Shown here: positions 37,544 through 46,123 of the stretch, in pieces
Layout: each line of letters starts with the position of its first letter
Position numbering within the stretch: the stretch's first letter is position 1
DNA from: a virus
Reading direction: 5' to 3' (one strand)
Length of the DNA stretch: 64,000 nucleotides
IMG/VR virus record: IMGVR_UViG_3300046506_000220
Span: 1 to 64,000 of that record
Position numbers and translations under genes: made by a program
The notes under the pieces: generated by a model
The model's database searches: none
Told to the model about the DNA's origin: nothing
What the model saw: only the letters and a program-made list of their open reading frames with translations

Positions 37544-38442
37544 TGGCGCAGAAATTCGTCATCCTGACGAGTGGCAACCAGTGGGCTGTTCCGGCTGACT
37601 GTTCTGGCACGCTCGACAAGGTCGAGATGATCGGGGCCTCAGGCTCTGCCATGCGTGGTGGGGGTGCTGGTGGTAGTTACGCTGTCCAGCCGAACCTGGT
37701 CGTGGGCGCTCCGGGAACCGTGGTGAACTATCAGATAGGTGCGGCCCCCGTTGCGGGCACAAACAGTCCTGGTCCCTTCACTACACAGCGCTCATGGTTT
37801 CTCGATCAAACGAAGTACCGCGCAGGGGGTGGGACTTGCTGCTACAACAATGCAGCAGCACTAGCTACCCCCGACTCCGCTGTTCAAGCAGGAGGTACTT
37901 CGTACCTCGGCGGTAATGGCGGTGCCCAGGCTTCTACAGGTTCAGGTAATGGCGGGGGGGGTGGTGCGGCAGGGCCTTTGGGTGTTGGTGGTAAGGGGGG
38001 GTCTGCTGTTGGTTCAGGCACAGGCAGTGGAGGTGGTGGTGGCGCCAATAATGGTGTCGCTGCTGCTAATGGCACTAATGGCACTGCAACTGCAACGGCT
38101 GGTGGTAATTCGGGCACTGGTGGAGTCGGTGGTATCGCAGGTACTGCAACTGTTCCTAATGGTGGTGCCGGGGGTCCCGGTGCTGGCGGTGGGGGAGCTA
38201 CCACGACCACAGGTGTTGGTGGTAAGGGCGGTGATGGTAACGGCATGGCTGATGGCTCTGTAGGCCCCGGTGGTGGGGGCGGTGGAGGGAAAGTCGCAAG
38301 TACCATGGGCGGCGCTGGTGGTCAGTATGGTGGTGGTCCCGGTGGTGGTACCGCGAATCAGGCAGGTACCCAAGGTCTCATCGTCCTCACCTACACACCC
38401 GTGGCCGCAGCCGCGCGGCGCATCGTATCGATAGTGGTCTGA
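37540..38442 (+). CDS. Glycine-rich tail fibre / adhesin-like protein
   Basis: WAVPA..VEMIGA.G.., polyglycine tracts and G.QGLIVLTY end. Confidence 0.65.
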   Translation: MMAQKFVILTSGNQWAVPADCSGTLDKVEMIGASGSAMRGGGAGGSYAVQPNLVVGAPGTVVNYQIGAAPVAGTNSPGPFTTQRSWFLDQTKYRAGGGTCCYNNAAALATPDSAVQAGGTSYLGGNGGAQASTGSGNGGGGGAAGPLGVGGKGGSAVGSGTGSGGGGGANNGVAAANGTNGTATATAGGNSGTGGVGGIAGTATVPNGGAGGPGAGGGGATTTTGVGGKGGDGNGMADGSVGPGGGGGGGKVASTMGGAGGQYGGGPGGGTANQAGTQGLIVLTYTPVAAAARRIVSIVV

Positions 38443-38466
38443 GGACCCGTTTTTCGGAGGTCAATT

Positions 38467-38799
38467 ATGGCAATTCTGGATCGCATCGCAGCAGCCCGTG
38501 ATGACCAGTTTTCCGCTCGCGTGGCGATGATCCTGATGAAGCTGTGTGTAGATGTGGCCAATGAAGACACCGGCTATATCAACCACGTGAACCGGCTTCA
38601 TTTCGCAGAGCTGCACTTTCGCGCCCTGGTCAACAGCAAGTCGCTGGCCGCGGCGATCATCGCCAACAACGGCACGATCCAGGCCGAGATCGACAGCGCG
38701 CCGGCTGAGCGTGGCGCGAATGTTCCGGACGGGGACCTCGAGTATGTGATCTCCGGACTCTACGACCATTTCGCCAACGCCTACGCGCAGGTCACCTGA
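38467..38799 (+). CDS. Hypothetical protein
   Basis: GGAGG RBS; 110-aa ORF. Confidence 0.7.
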   Translation: MAILDRIAAARDDQFSARVAMILMKLCVDVANEDTGYINHVNRLHFAELHFRALVNSKSLAAAIIANNGTIQAEIDSAPAERGANVPDGDLEYVISGLYDHFANAYAQVT

Positions 38800-39047
38800 T
38801 GAGCAGCGACCGGCAGTTCGAACAGATCGCGGACCCTGTCAACCTCGTTGTGCGCTACACCGCCAGCGACGGCAGCAGGCAGCACGCCATCCTGCTCGAA
38901 GGTGCCCCGCTGTGGATCGAGTATCAGGCGTGGCTCGCGGCGGGCAACACCCTTGAGCCCGTTGAGGAGATGCAGGTGACCTTTAACGCGGCTGATCACA
39001 CCTTCTCGCAGGACGTGTGGCAGGCTGCCATAGGAGAGAACTCATGA
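38799..39047 (+). CDS. Hypothetical protein (fibre-assembly N-terminal-like motif)
   Basis: EYQAWLAAGNTLEP motif; coupled to its neighbours. Confidence 0.55.
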   Translation: MSSDRQFEQIADPVNLVVRYTASDGSRQHAILLEGAPLWIEYQAWLAAGNTLEPVEEMQVTFNAADHTFSQDVWQAAIGENS

Positions 39048-39199
39048 TCCGGACCATCCTGCTGGTTGTACTGGTGCTGCTGCTGGTCGGTGCCTGGCCA
39101 GGCTGGCCGTACAGCACCGGCTGGGGCTATTACCCGACGGGCATTCTGGGCGTGCTGCTGATTGTCGTGCTGGTGCTGGTGCTGCTCGGCCGATTGTGA
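39044..39199 (+). CDS. DUF3309-like small membrane protein
   Basis: TILLVVLVLLLVGAWPGWPYSTGWGYYPTGILG. Confidence 0.75.
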   Translation: MIRTILLVVLVLLLVGAWPGWPYSTGWGYYPTGILGVLLIVVLVLVLLGRL

Positions 39200-39229
39200 A
39201 GTTTGTGAAGACTGACACAGGAGTGAGGC

Positions 39230-39445
39230 ATGGAAAGCTTTCCCGACTGGGCCGTGCGCCAGACACATGCGCTCGCGGCCCTGTCGGAGTCGGACAGGAC
39301 CGTGATCCGCTGCTATGAGAACGGGGTGCCGGTGCCGCCTGCGTGGGTGGCCTACCGCAAGGCACTGCGCCTGATCATTGCAGCCCCCACGGGTGACCCG
39401 GCGCAGCCACTGCCTGCGCGCCCCCCCTACCCGGTGGGGACCTGA
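39230..39445 (+). CDS. Tail fibre assembly chaperone-like protein
   Basis: L..SD.TV.RCYE...W.AYR.ALR..P..P motif. Confidence 0.55.
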   Translation: MESFPDWAVRQTHALAALSESDRTVIRCYENGVPVPPAWVAYRKALRLIIAAPTGDPAQPLPARPPYPVGT

Positions 39446-39826
39446 ATGGACCTGAACGTCATGGACACGACCGTCAGTTCTGCCTGGGGCTGGATCGGGG
39501 GTGGCGGACTCGCAACCGTGGCGATGGCCGCCATGCAACTGCGCCGGCGCCTCTCGCGCGACGATGTCGAGCGGCATAAGGACAGCGCCGAGAAAGACAT
39601 CATCGACCGGCTCTCGGAAGAGCTGGACCGCGCGGACAGACGCGCCGAGGCGGCCGAGAAACGCAGCAACGAGGCGTTCGAGGCGCGCAATGCGCTGCTG
39701 CGTGAACTGGCGCCGATCCATTCAACGATGGCCGCGATGGAGGAACGGATGAAACAGCAGGCTGCACAGATCGTGACACAGCAGGAGGAGCTGGCGAGGC
39801 TGCGGGAGAAACGTCATGCCGACTAG
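39446..39826 (+). CDS. Membrane-anchored coiled-coil protein (lysis region)
   Basis: N-terminal hydrophobic segment followed by a coiled coil. Confidence 0.55.
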   Translation: MDLNVMDTTVSSAWGWIGGGGLATVAMAAMQLRRRLSRDDVERHKDSAEKDIIDRLSEELDRADRRAEAAEKRSNEAFEARNALLRELAPIHSTMAAMEERMKQQAAQIVTQQEELARLREKRHAD

Positions 39827-40286
39827 CGTACCGCAAGCCCTGATGGGCAGTATGCGCTTCCTGCGCGATGGCGTGGTGCTCACGCTCGTGCTGGCGGTGG
39901 CGCTCGGTGGCGCGATCGCGGGCTACTCGTACAGCGAGTACCGCCTGCGCGTGATCGTGCTCAATTCGGCGGCCGAGCATCAGGCCGAGATCAGACGGCT
40001 GCAGGAGACGAATACGCGGGTGCTCGCGGCACTGACCGCGCAGGTCCAGTCGGCCGCGCAGACCGCCAATATCGCTGGGGCCAGGGCCGCGAATGCAGCC
40101 GACCAGTCGGCGGTCGCGGCGCAAACCGCGAAGTCGGCCGCGGTCGAGACGGCGCGTGCCGCACAACGGCGGCCGACCATCGTCGTCACGCCTGTGGTAC
40201 CGGAGCCCGCGCGCGCCAATCTGAACCGCGCGATCGAGCGCACCAACCGTGCGATCGATCATACCAATCATCAGGAGCACAAATAA
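39816..40286 (+). CDS. Putative inner-membrane spanin (Rz-like)
   Basis: N-terminal transmembrane segment plus Ala-rich helix; followed by a lipoprotein gene. Confidence 0.5.
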   Translation: MPTSVPQALMGSMRFLRDGVVLTLVLAVALGGAIAGYSYSEYRLRVIVLNSAAEHQAEIRRLQETNTRVLAALTAQVQSAAQTANIAGARAANAADQSAVAAQTAKSAAVETARAAQRRPTIVVTPVVPEPARANLNRAIERTNRAIDHTNHQEHK

Positions 40287-40474
40287 TGCGCACTGCCCTG
40301 CTGTGCCTGCTGCTTGCGGGTGGATGTGCCACGCACGCGCCGGTTGCGCAGTGTCCGTCACTGCCCGTGCTCGTGAGCCAACCCAGCCCCGCCCAGCTGG
40401 CCGCCTATGCGCAGCAGGTGGTCGAGCTGTACGGGCAATGTGCGACGTTGCAATCCTCTAAAGCTAACCCGTAG
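40286..40474 (+). CDS. Putative outer-membrane spanin lipoprotein (Rz1-like)
   Basis: Signal peptide with lipobox-like LLAGGC; Pro-rich; additional cysteines. Confidence 0.55.
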   Translation: MRTALLCLLLAGGCATHAPVAQCPSLPVLVSQPSPAQLAAYAQQVVELYGQCATLQSSKANP

Positions 40475-40480
40475 GAGTCC

Positions 40481-40726
40481 ATGATGAATGTACGTGCGAA
40501 ATTCAAGGTGACGGAAGTGACCGATGCCGGCGACGGCATGAAGATGATCAGGATGCGTCCCGTATACGGCGACAGTCCGGAAAACACGCAGTTCTTCAGG
40601 TGGACCCCCTCAGGCGAAATCTTCATGGGTGTGCTCAACCCGGCAGCATCGGCGCAGTTCCAGATGGGCCACGAGTATTACGTGGACTTCACGCGCGCCG
40701 ATCCCGTTGAAGCAACCATCATCTGA
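40481..40726 (+). CDS. Hypothetical phage protein
   Basis: AGGAG RBS; VRAKFKV...ENTQFFRWTPSG...NP.A..QF..G.EYYVDFT. Confidence 0.7.
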   Translation: MMNVRAKFKVTEVTDAGDGMKMIRMRPVYGDSPENTQFFRWTPSGEIFMGVLNPAASAQFQMGHEYYVDFTRADPVEATII

Positions 40727-40750
40727 GCGGGGCATAACGGGGAGTCGGAC

Positions 40751-41263
40751 ATGGACAGTTTCCCGGACGCGTTCGCGAAGCTCATCGACGTCGAGAAGGG
40801 TCTGAGCCTGGACCCGAACGACCGCGGCAACTGGACCAGCGGCAGGATCGGCGTGGGCGAGCTGCGCGGCACGAAGTACGGCGTGAGCGCCATGTCCTAC
40901 CCCACGCTCGACATCGCGAACCTCACGCTGGCCGACGCCCAGGCGATCTTCCGGCGCGATTTCTGGAACAGGGTGCAGGCCGACCTGTTCGTGCCCACGG
41001 TTGCGTTCCAGCTGTTTGACGCGGCGGTCAACAGCGGCGTCGACGCCGCCATCCGGTGGTTGCAGAAGGCCGTGGACACCGCGCCCGATGGCGTGATTGG
41101 CAAATACACGCTCGCTGCCGTCGCGGCGCTCCCTCCCGCCGTCATCAACGCACGCCTTAATGCCTACCGGCTGCTGGACATGACCGGGATGGGCGGCTGG
41201 CAGGTCAACTCACGCGGCTGGGCGCGGCGCGTGGCGAACAACATCCTCGCGGGGGTGATATGA
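40751..41263 (+). CDS. Endolysin, glycoside hydrolase family 108 with peptidoglycan-binding domain
   Basis: EKG....DPNDRGNWT..GTKYGVS; LFDAAVNSG; DGVIG..T; GWARRV. Confidence 0.88.
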   Translation: MDSFPDAFAKLIDVEKGLSLDPNDRGNWTSGRIGVGELRGTKYGVSAMSYPTLDIANLTLADAQAIFRRDFWNRVQADLFVPTVAFQLFDAAVNSGVDAAIRWLQKAVDTAPDGVIGKYTLAAVAALPPAVINARLNAYRLLDMTGMGGWQVNSRGWARRVANNILAGVI

Positions 41264-41964
41264 GCAGCTGGTCAGACATCGCTGGCGCGATTGCCAAAGG
41301 AGCGCCGCTGCTGGGCAGTCTGTTGCCCGGACCCGGCACGCTGGTCGGTGCCGGCGTGGGCGCCGCCGCCTCGATCGTGGCCTCCGCGCTCGGCGTGCCG
41401 GCCGACCCCGACAGCATCACGGCGGCCCTGCGTAATGACCCTGAGGCGCTCGCGAAGGTGCGGCAGGCCGAGCTGGACAACCAGGCGAAGCTCGCCGAGA
41501 TCGCGATGCAGCGCGAGCAGAACGCGCTCGCCGCGCTTAACGCGCAGTACGCCGTCGCGGCAGCGGATCGTTCGGGCGCGCGCCAGTACGCGAGCGCCAC
41601 GGAGGATCACACCGCGCGCAACCTCGCCTACCTGTACACGGGGGCGCTGTTCGCCGTGATCGCGGCGCACCTGTGGATCGTGGTGCTGCGCATCCCGATC
41701 GAGCCGGTGGCGATGAACATCATCAGCACGCTTGAGGGCGTGCTGATCGCGATGGTGCTCGGCTCCAAGGAGTTCTTCTTCGGCTCGTCGTCGAGCGCGG
41801 TGAAGCAGCAGGACAAGATCACCAACTTCGCGACCTCGCCGGGTGCGGTGAGCGCGCCCGCCCCTGCTGCTGGCAATACGCTGACCACCACGATCCAGAC
41901 GCCCAGTGACAGTCAGCAGACCGTCACCGTCGGGCCAGCGGACGACGTCTTCAGGGGGCATTGA
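41260..41964 (+). CDS. Holin-like membrane protein
   Basis: GAPLLGSLLPGP.G N-terminus; DR..AR; two transmembrane segments; FFFGSS. Confidence 0.65.
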   Translation: MSSWSDIAGAIAKGAPLLGSLLPGPGTLVGAGVGAAASIVASALGVPADPDSITAALRNDPEALAKVRQAELDNQAKLAEIAMQREQNALAALNAQYAVAAADRSGARQYASATEDHTARNLAYLYTGALFAVIAAHLWIVVLRIPIEPVAMNIISTLEGVLIAMVLGSKEFFFGSSSSAVKQQDKITNFATSPGAVSAPAPAAGNTLTTTIQTPSDSQQTVTVGPADDVFRGH

Positions 41965-41965
41965 G

Positions 41966-42328
41966 ATGCAGTTCAGACAGGGCCTGTGGTTTTTGCAACC
42001 GCGTCGGGACGACAGCCGTCGGATCGACGCAATTTTTAGTCTGTTAGTCGATGTTTCTCACCAACTGGAGTTGATCATGAGCGCATTGGATGACCTGAAA
42101 GCCGAAGTCCAGGCAACCGTCGATGTCGAACAGTCGGCCGTCGTGCTGATCCAGGGCATTGCCGCCCAGCTGACCGAGGCGCTGGCGAATTCCGCCAGCC
42201 CGGATCCGGCGATCGCGGAGCTGACCACGAAGCTCAGCGCGAGCGCGGATGCGCTGGCGGCGGCCGTCGCGGCGAATACCCCGGCGCCCGCCCCCGCCCC
42301 GGCGCCGCCCGAGGCCGAGGCCCCGTAA
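41966..42328 (+). CDS. Hypothetical Ala-rich protein
   Basis: ORF after the holin; the start may be the later ATG (MSALDDL) after GGAG. Confidence 0.55.
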   Translation: MQFRQGLWFLQPRRDDSRRIDAIFSLLVDVSHQLELIMSALDDLKAEVQATVDVEQSAVVLIQGIAAQLTEALANSASPDPAIAELTTKLSASADALAAAVAANTPAPAPAPAPPEAEAP

Positions 42329-42484
42329 CAGACACAGTGCGCGACGCAGCGGTGAGCCAGCCAACCGAGCCAACCAAGTTCCCCTCACATGCGCGCTGCC
42401 CCCTAGACAGGGTCTGCCAGGGCAAGGGGGACGGCTGGACGTAACCCTCGCCTCGGTGCTTTCTCCGTTCACACCGAGGATTCC

Positions 42485-42510
42485 GGGAGCCTGTATGGCT
42501 CCCTTTTTTT
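42485..42510 (+). terminator. Rho-independent terminator ending the late operon
   Basis: GGGAGCC-TGTAT-GGCTCCC-TTTTTTT. Confidence 0.9.
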
Positions 42511-42732
42511 ATGCCTGTCTGACTATCTGTCCAACCATCATGACGCATGGTTAGCTTTGTTTCCTGCGTGCCTAGTTAATTGACTAGGTTTTCGCCTAGC
42601 CACCTAGGCGACTGGCTAGATGATTTGTTGTCTGGCATACACACAATCGAGTCAACCACCATCCAGCACGTTGAACTTGTCGTGTTGATCACTTATCCTC
42701 TTGCAACAATCAATCAAGTCTAAGGAGCCAGG

Positions 42733-43419
42733 ATGAGTGTGATCTGTATAGGAACAGAGAAGGGCGGCACTGGGAAAAGCACGCTGACTCAGAGTATTTC
42801 TGCCCTTCGAGTAGGGTTGAATTACAGGGTTGCGGTCGTCGACTTCGATAATCAGGGGACTACCGCGCTATGGGCCGATACTCGCGACGAGGATCAAGGG
42901 TTGAAGTCGATCAAGCTGGCCGTTCCACAGTACAACTCGAAGGTGAGTCACGCGGACTACTTTGCTGGCTTCATCACTGACCTGGCAGCGAGTTACGACG
43001 ACGTGTTCATTGACGTGGGTGGGAAAGACTACGATGTCTTCCGCGCTGCACTGGTGGCCGCAGACAAGATCGTCGTGCCGCTGGAGCCAAGCCCAGCTGA
43101 CCTGAACACCATGCCGCCGTTCGCCGCGCTGGTGGACGAGCTGCAAAAACTCATCGGCCGCAAGTTCGATGTGGGCGTGGTGCTCAACAAGGCCGACGAT
43201 TCACCGATCATGCTGGCCGGGATGCTCGAAGGCATGGGCCAGTTCAAGAAGGTCGTGCCTCTGATGAAGACGCAGGTCGGAAACCGCGCCGCGTTCAAGC
43301 GCGCGACGGAGGAGGGCAGGGGCGTCACCGAGCTGGTTCGCGTCAAGGGCAAGACCAAGCCCGATCTGGCCGCGATGAACGAGATCAAGGACCTGTACCT
43401 GGAGATTTTCGGAAAATGA
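42733..43419 (+). CDS. parA: ParA partition ATPase (type Ib)
   Basis: KGGTGKST deviant Walker A; VDFDNQG; IDVGG; short, with no N-terminal HTH. Confidence 0.9.
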   Translation: MSVICIGTEKGGTGKSTLTQSISALRVGLNYRVAVVDFDNQGTTALWADTRDEDQGLKSIKLAVPQYNSKVSHADYFAGFITDLAASYDDVFIDVGGKDYDVFRAALVAADKIVVPLEPSPADLNTMPPFAALVDELQKLIGRKFDVGVVLNKADDSPIMLAGMLEGMGQFKKVVPLMKTQVGNRAAFKRATEEGRGVTELVRVKGKTKPDLAAMNEIKDLYLEIFGK

Positions 43420-43895
43420 AGGCACACATCCGACGCACGAGGAATGAACTGATCGGCGAGCTTCAGAAGGCCGAACCGGTGATTCAGGAAGCCCCTCCGG
43501 AGTCGCAGAAGCCTACGGCTGAACAGGTTGTGGCCGATCACAAGGCAGCACAGGCGCGCAGGCAGAACGGTAGCCCCGCACCCGAAACACCCGCTGCCGC
43601 CGCACCGCAGCCCGCTGGCGCAGTTTCCGTGCCCCAGCCGATGCCCACCCCCCTTCCTGCCAGACCAGCCGTTTCTACGGCCGCGGCTTTGCCGAGCGGG
43701 TACGTAAGCAAGCGGGGGGTGCGTGACCGGGGGCAGGCGCTGAACGTTTCGATTCCGACGCCGCTCTTCGCGCGGCTCCAGGCGCTGTCAGCGAACACTG
43801 GCATTACGCAGAAGGACATCGTGGCGACGGCGCTGGAGAAGGAGCTGGCGCTGATCGAGTTTGAGATGCAGCAGGAGGCACAGCCGAAGAGTTGA
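43416..43895 (+). CDS. Putative centromere-binding RHH protein (ParG-like)
   Basis: Disordered N-terminus plus LNVSIP..LFARL..LSANTGITQKDIV..AL; ATGA-coupled to parA. Confidence 0.65.
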   Translation: MKAHIRRTRNELIGELQKAEPVIQEAPPESQKPTAEQVVADHKAAQARRQNGSPAPETPAAAAPQPAGAVSVPQPMPTPLPARPAVSTAAALPSGYVSKRGVRDRGQALNVSIPTPLFARLQALSANTGITQKDIVATALEKELALIEFEMQQEAQPKS

Positions 43896-43899
43896 GATC

Positions 43900-44260
43900 T
43901 ATTGGGACATTTTCCGGGTTGGCTGAGAGTTTTCCACAGCCAACTTGGTTTTTAGAAAGACGTTTTTTCGTTTTAACTACGTTTTAGCCTTTCCAAGCTA
44001 TTGATTTTCAAGCAGTAAACGCTGCCTATTGGGACATTTTCCGGGTTCTATTGGGACATTTCCCGGGTTCAAAGGGACATTTCCCGGGTTATTGGGACAT
44101 TTTCCGGTTTGGGGCCAGGTCGCTTCCGGCAGTTATCCACAGGGTACAGCCAGTTCAAGCGGGCTATGGGCGAATTCAACCGTCTATTAGCCAAGGTCAA
44201 GCTGTTGTAGGATTGGGACATCCTAAAGTTTTGCCCCAATAACCCGGAAAATGTCCCAAT
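43900..44260. promoter_or_regulatory. Iteron plasmid replication origin
   Basis: Consensus TATTGGGACATTTYCCGGGTT at 43900, 44027, 44049, ~44070 and 44090; inverted copy at 44241-44260; AT-rich tract ~43945-44015; DnaA box TTATCCACA at 44133-44141. Confidence 0.9.
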
Positions 44261-45005
44261 GAATTCTCCGCTTCCTAAGTCGATGCCAGTCACTGAGCTG
44301 CACGTTAACATGAGCAACGCCTTGACGCGGGCTGCACACAGCTTGAGTCTCGCGGAGAAGAGGGTCGTCGCCGCGTGCATCGCGCAGTGTGACTCCGTTC
44401 CGATGAAGGAGCTGGAGCGCGACGGAGCGTGGACCGTTCGGCTGCGGGCGACAGACTTCGCAGAGACCTATGGCATCGACGCAACCACAGCCTATGAGCA
44501 GCTGAAGGATGCAACAGACGTGCTGATGAAGCGTCAGGTCACCTTCACGGTGCCAGCGAAGCGCGGGCCGCGCGTCATCAAGTACCAGTGGGTGGGAAAG
44601 GCTGTGTATTACCACGGGGAAGGGTGGATCGAGATCGAATGGTCCAAGGACATCGTTCCGCATCTGTTCGGGCTGCGCAAAGAGTTCGTCTCGTACAAAC
44701 TGAAGCACGCGGCGGCGCTCCGCTCGCTCTATTCGTGGCGGCTGTTCGAGTGCCTGAAGTCCTGGCAGGGGACCGGTGAGTGGTCGCCAACGATCGAGGA
44801 GTTCAGTCACGCGATGGATGTTCCTGACAAGTACCGGGCGAATTTCAAAGAGACTCGTGTACGGGTGATCGAGCCAGCGGTGGCTGAGCTGCGGGAGAAG
44901 AGCGGGCTGTTGGTGGAATGGGAGACCAAAACCGCTGGACGGAAGGTCGTAGGATTACACTTCAAATTCGAAGTAAGCCCCCAGCAACAACTCGCGTTGG
45001 AGTAG
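44259..45005 (+). CDS. repA: Plasmid replication initiator (Rep_3 family)
   Basis: SNALTRAAHSLSLAEKRV; LRSLYSWRLFE; RVIEPAVAEL; GRKVV...F. Confidence 0.9.
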   Translation: MNSPLPKSMPVTELHVNMSNALTRAAHSLSLAEKRVVAACIAQCDSVPMKELERDGAWTVRLRATDFAETYGIDATTAYEQLKDATDVLMKRQVTFTVPAKRGPRVIKYQWVGKAVYYHGEGWIEIEWSKDIVPHLFGLRKEFVSYKLKHAAALRSLYSWRLFECLKSWQGTGEWSPTIEEFSHAMDVPDKYRANFKETRVRVIEPAVAELREKSGLLVEWETKTAGRKVVGLHFKFEVSPQQQLALE

Positions 45006-45007
45006 TC

Positions 45008-45172
45008 ATGTTCACATCAACCACTGAGCTTTTCCTGACCTACCTTGCTGTCCGGGCCGGCTTTCGGCGCAGTGCACACGTCGATTACGGCGGGCTGCGC
45101 ACTGAGTGGTCGTACGAGGAATGGCTGGACATCATGTTGAAGAACGAGGACCAGCCAGCAGACGCTGGCTGA
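45008..45172 (+). CDS. Small hypothetical protein
   Basis: GGAG RBS, ATG just after the rep stop. Confidence 0.4.
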   Translation: MFTSTTELFLTYLAVRAGFRRSAHVDYGGLRTEWSYEEWLDIMLKNEDQPADAG

Positions 45173-45387
45173 TTTCAGTAAGACTTTGCGAGGCGGAGCA
45201 CGATAGGATTTTGTGGTTTGCCAAACGCGACTAACCGTCTGCCCGCCCGTACTCTGCGCATGCAGACCGCTAGTTGCGTTATCCACAAAACCCGGCGCGC
45301 ATAAAACTTTCATTACGTTACAAAAAAATTTTTCGTGAACTGACGTTCGATAAATAGAATATTACGTTTTCGACCTCGTCAGCTTCC

Positions 45388-45711
45388 ATGAAAATCGAAG
45401 ACCGAGAACGCCTCGAAGCCAGACGCGGCCAGCAGCTATGCACGGCGAACGGCTACCTCCACTACAGGCGCTTCGCCAATGGCCGTGACGCGGCGCTGAT
45501 GCCGCTCCTCTACACGGTCGCCATCATCACCGACCTGACCGAATGGGGCTACGGCGACCGCTGGTGCTACCACACTCTCTTTGACGCCAGCGAGGCGCTC
45601 GATGCGTGGGACGGCGGGGAGGGCACCGAACCCACCGGCTGGCACCGCCATCCCGACACGGGCCGCAGGCGCGAGGACGGTGACCCGGCCCGGGAAGAGG
45701 TTCGCCCATGA
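45388..45711 (+). CDS. Hypothetical protein
   Basis: First gene of an ATGA-coupled cluster; GYGDRWCY..EPTGWHRHP. Confidence 0.65.
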   Translation: MKIEDRERLEARRGQQLCTANGYLHYRRFANGRDAALMPLLYTVAIITDLTEWGYGDRWCYHTLFDASEALDAWDGGEGTEPTGWHRHPDTGRRREDGDPAREEVRP

Positions 45712-45941
45712 TCATCGAAGCCGACGGCGAGCTGTGCATGTGGATCATCTTCGAGCGCCCGCGCGATGCGCCCGAACTTTACATCGCGCGCCTGTTCAGG
45801 CTCGACCAGCCGATGAACACCGTGATCTATGGCGACACGCTCGACGAGGTCCGTGAGCTGCTGGCGAAGCTGTATCCTGGCCTGACCTGCCTGCCGAGAA
45901 ATCCGGGCGACGAGGTGCATGTCGTGGAGACGTGGCTATGA
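45708..45941 (+). CDS. Hypothetical protein
   Basis: ATGA coupling; ends in VVETWL. Confidence 0.65.
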   Translation: MIIEADGELCMWIIFERPRDAPELYIARLFRLDQPMNTVIYGDTLDEVRELLAKLYPGLTCLPRNPGDEVHVVETWL

Positions 45942-46123
45942 TTGATCAACTCGAATGCGCGCTGGGACGGATCGCGGATCTGGAATTCGACAACAGGGCA
46001 CTGCGCCGGAAGCTGACCCAGGCCAACCAGATGCTGAATGAACTGCGCACGGCCCGCCCGCTGCTGTTGTACGGCGATGCGTGGCTGGATAAGATCAACC
46101 AGACACTGGCGCACACCGAATGA
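45938..46123 (+). CDS. Hypothetical protein
   Basis: ATGA coupling. Confidence 0.55.
   Translation: MIDQLECALGRIADLEFDNRALRRKLTQANQMLNELRTARPLLLYGDAWLDKINQTLAHTE

Noticed and set aside
30101-38442. Diversity-generating retroelement or invertible shufflon acting on the fibres
   Set aside because: No reverse transcriptase, no template/variable repeat pair with A-specific mismatches, and no recombinase seen.
43900-44110. Mini-CRISPR array for TnpB/Cas12
   Set aside because: The repeats abut without unique spacers and lie beside a DnaA box and rep, so they are iterons.
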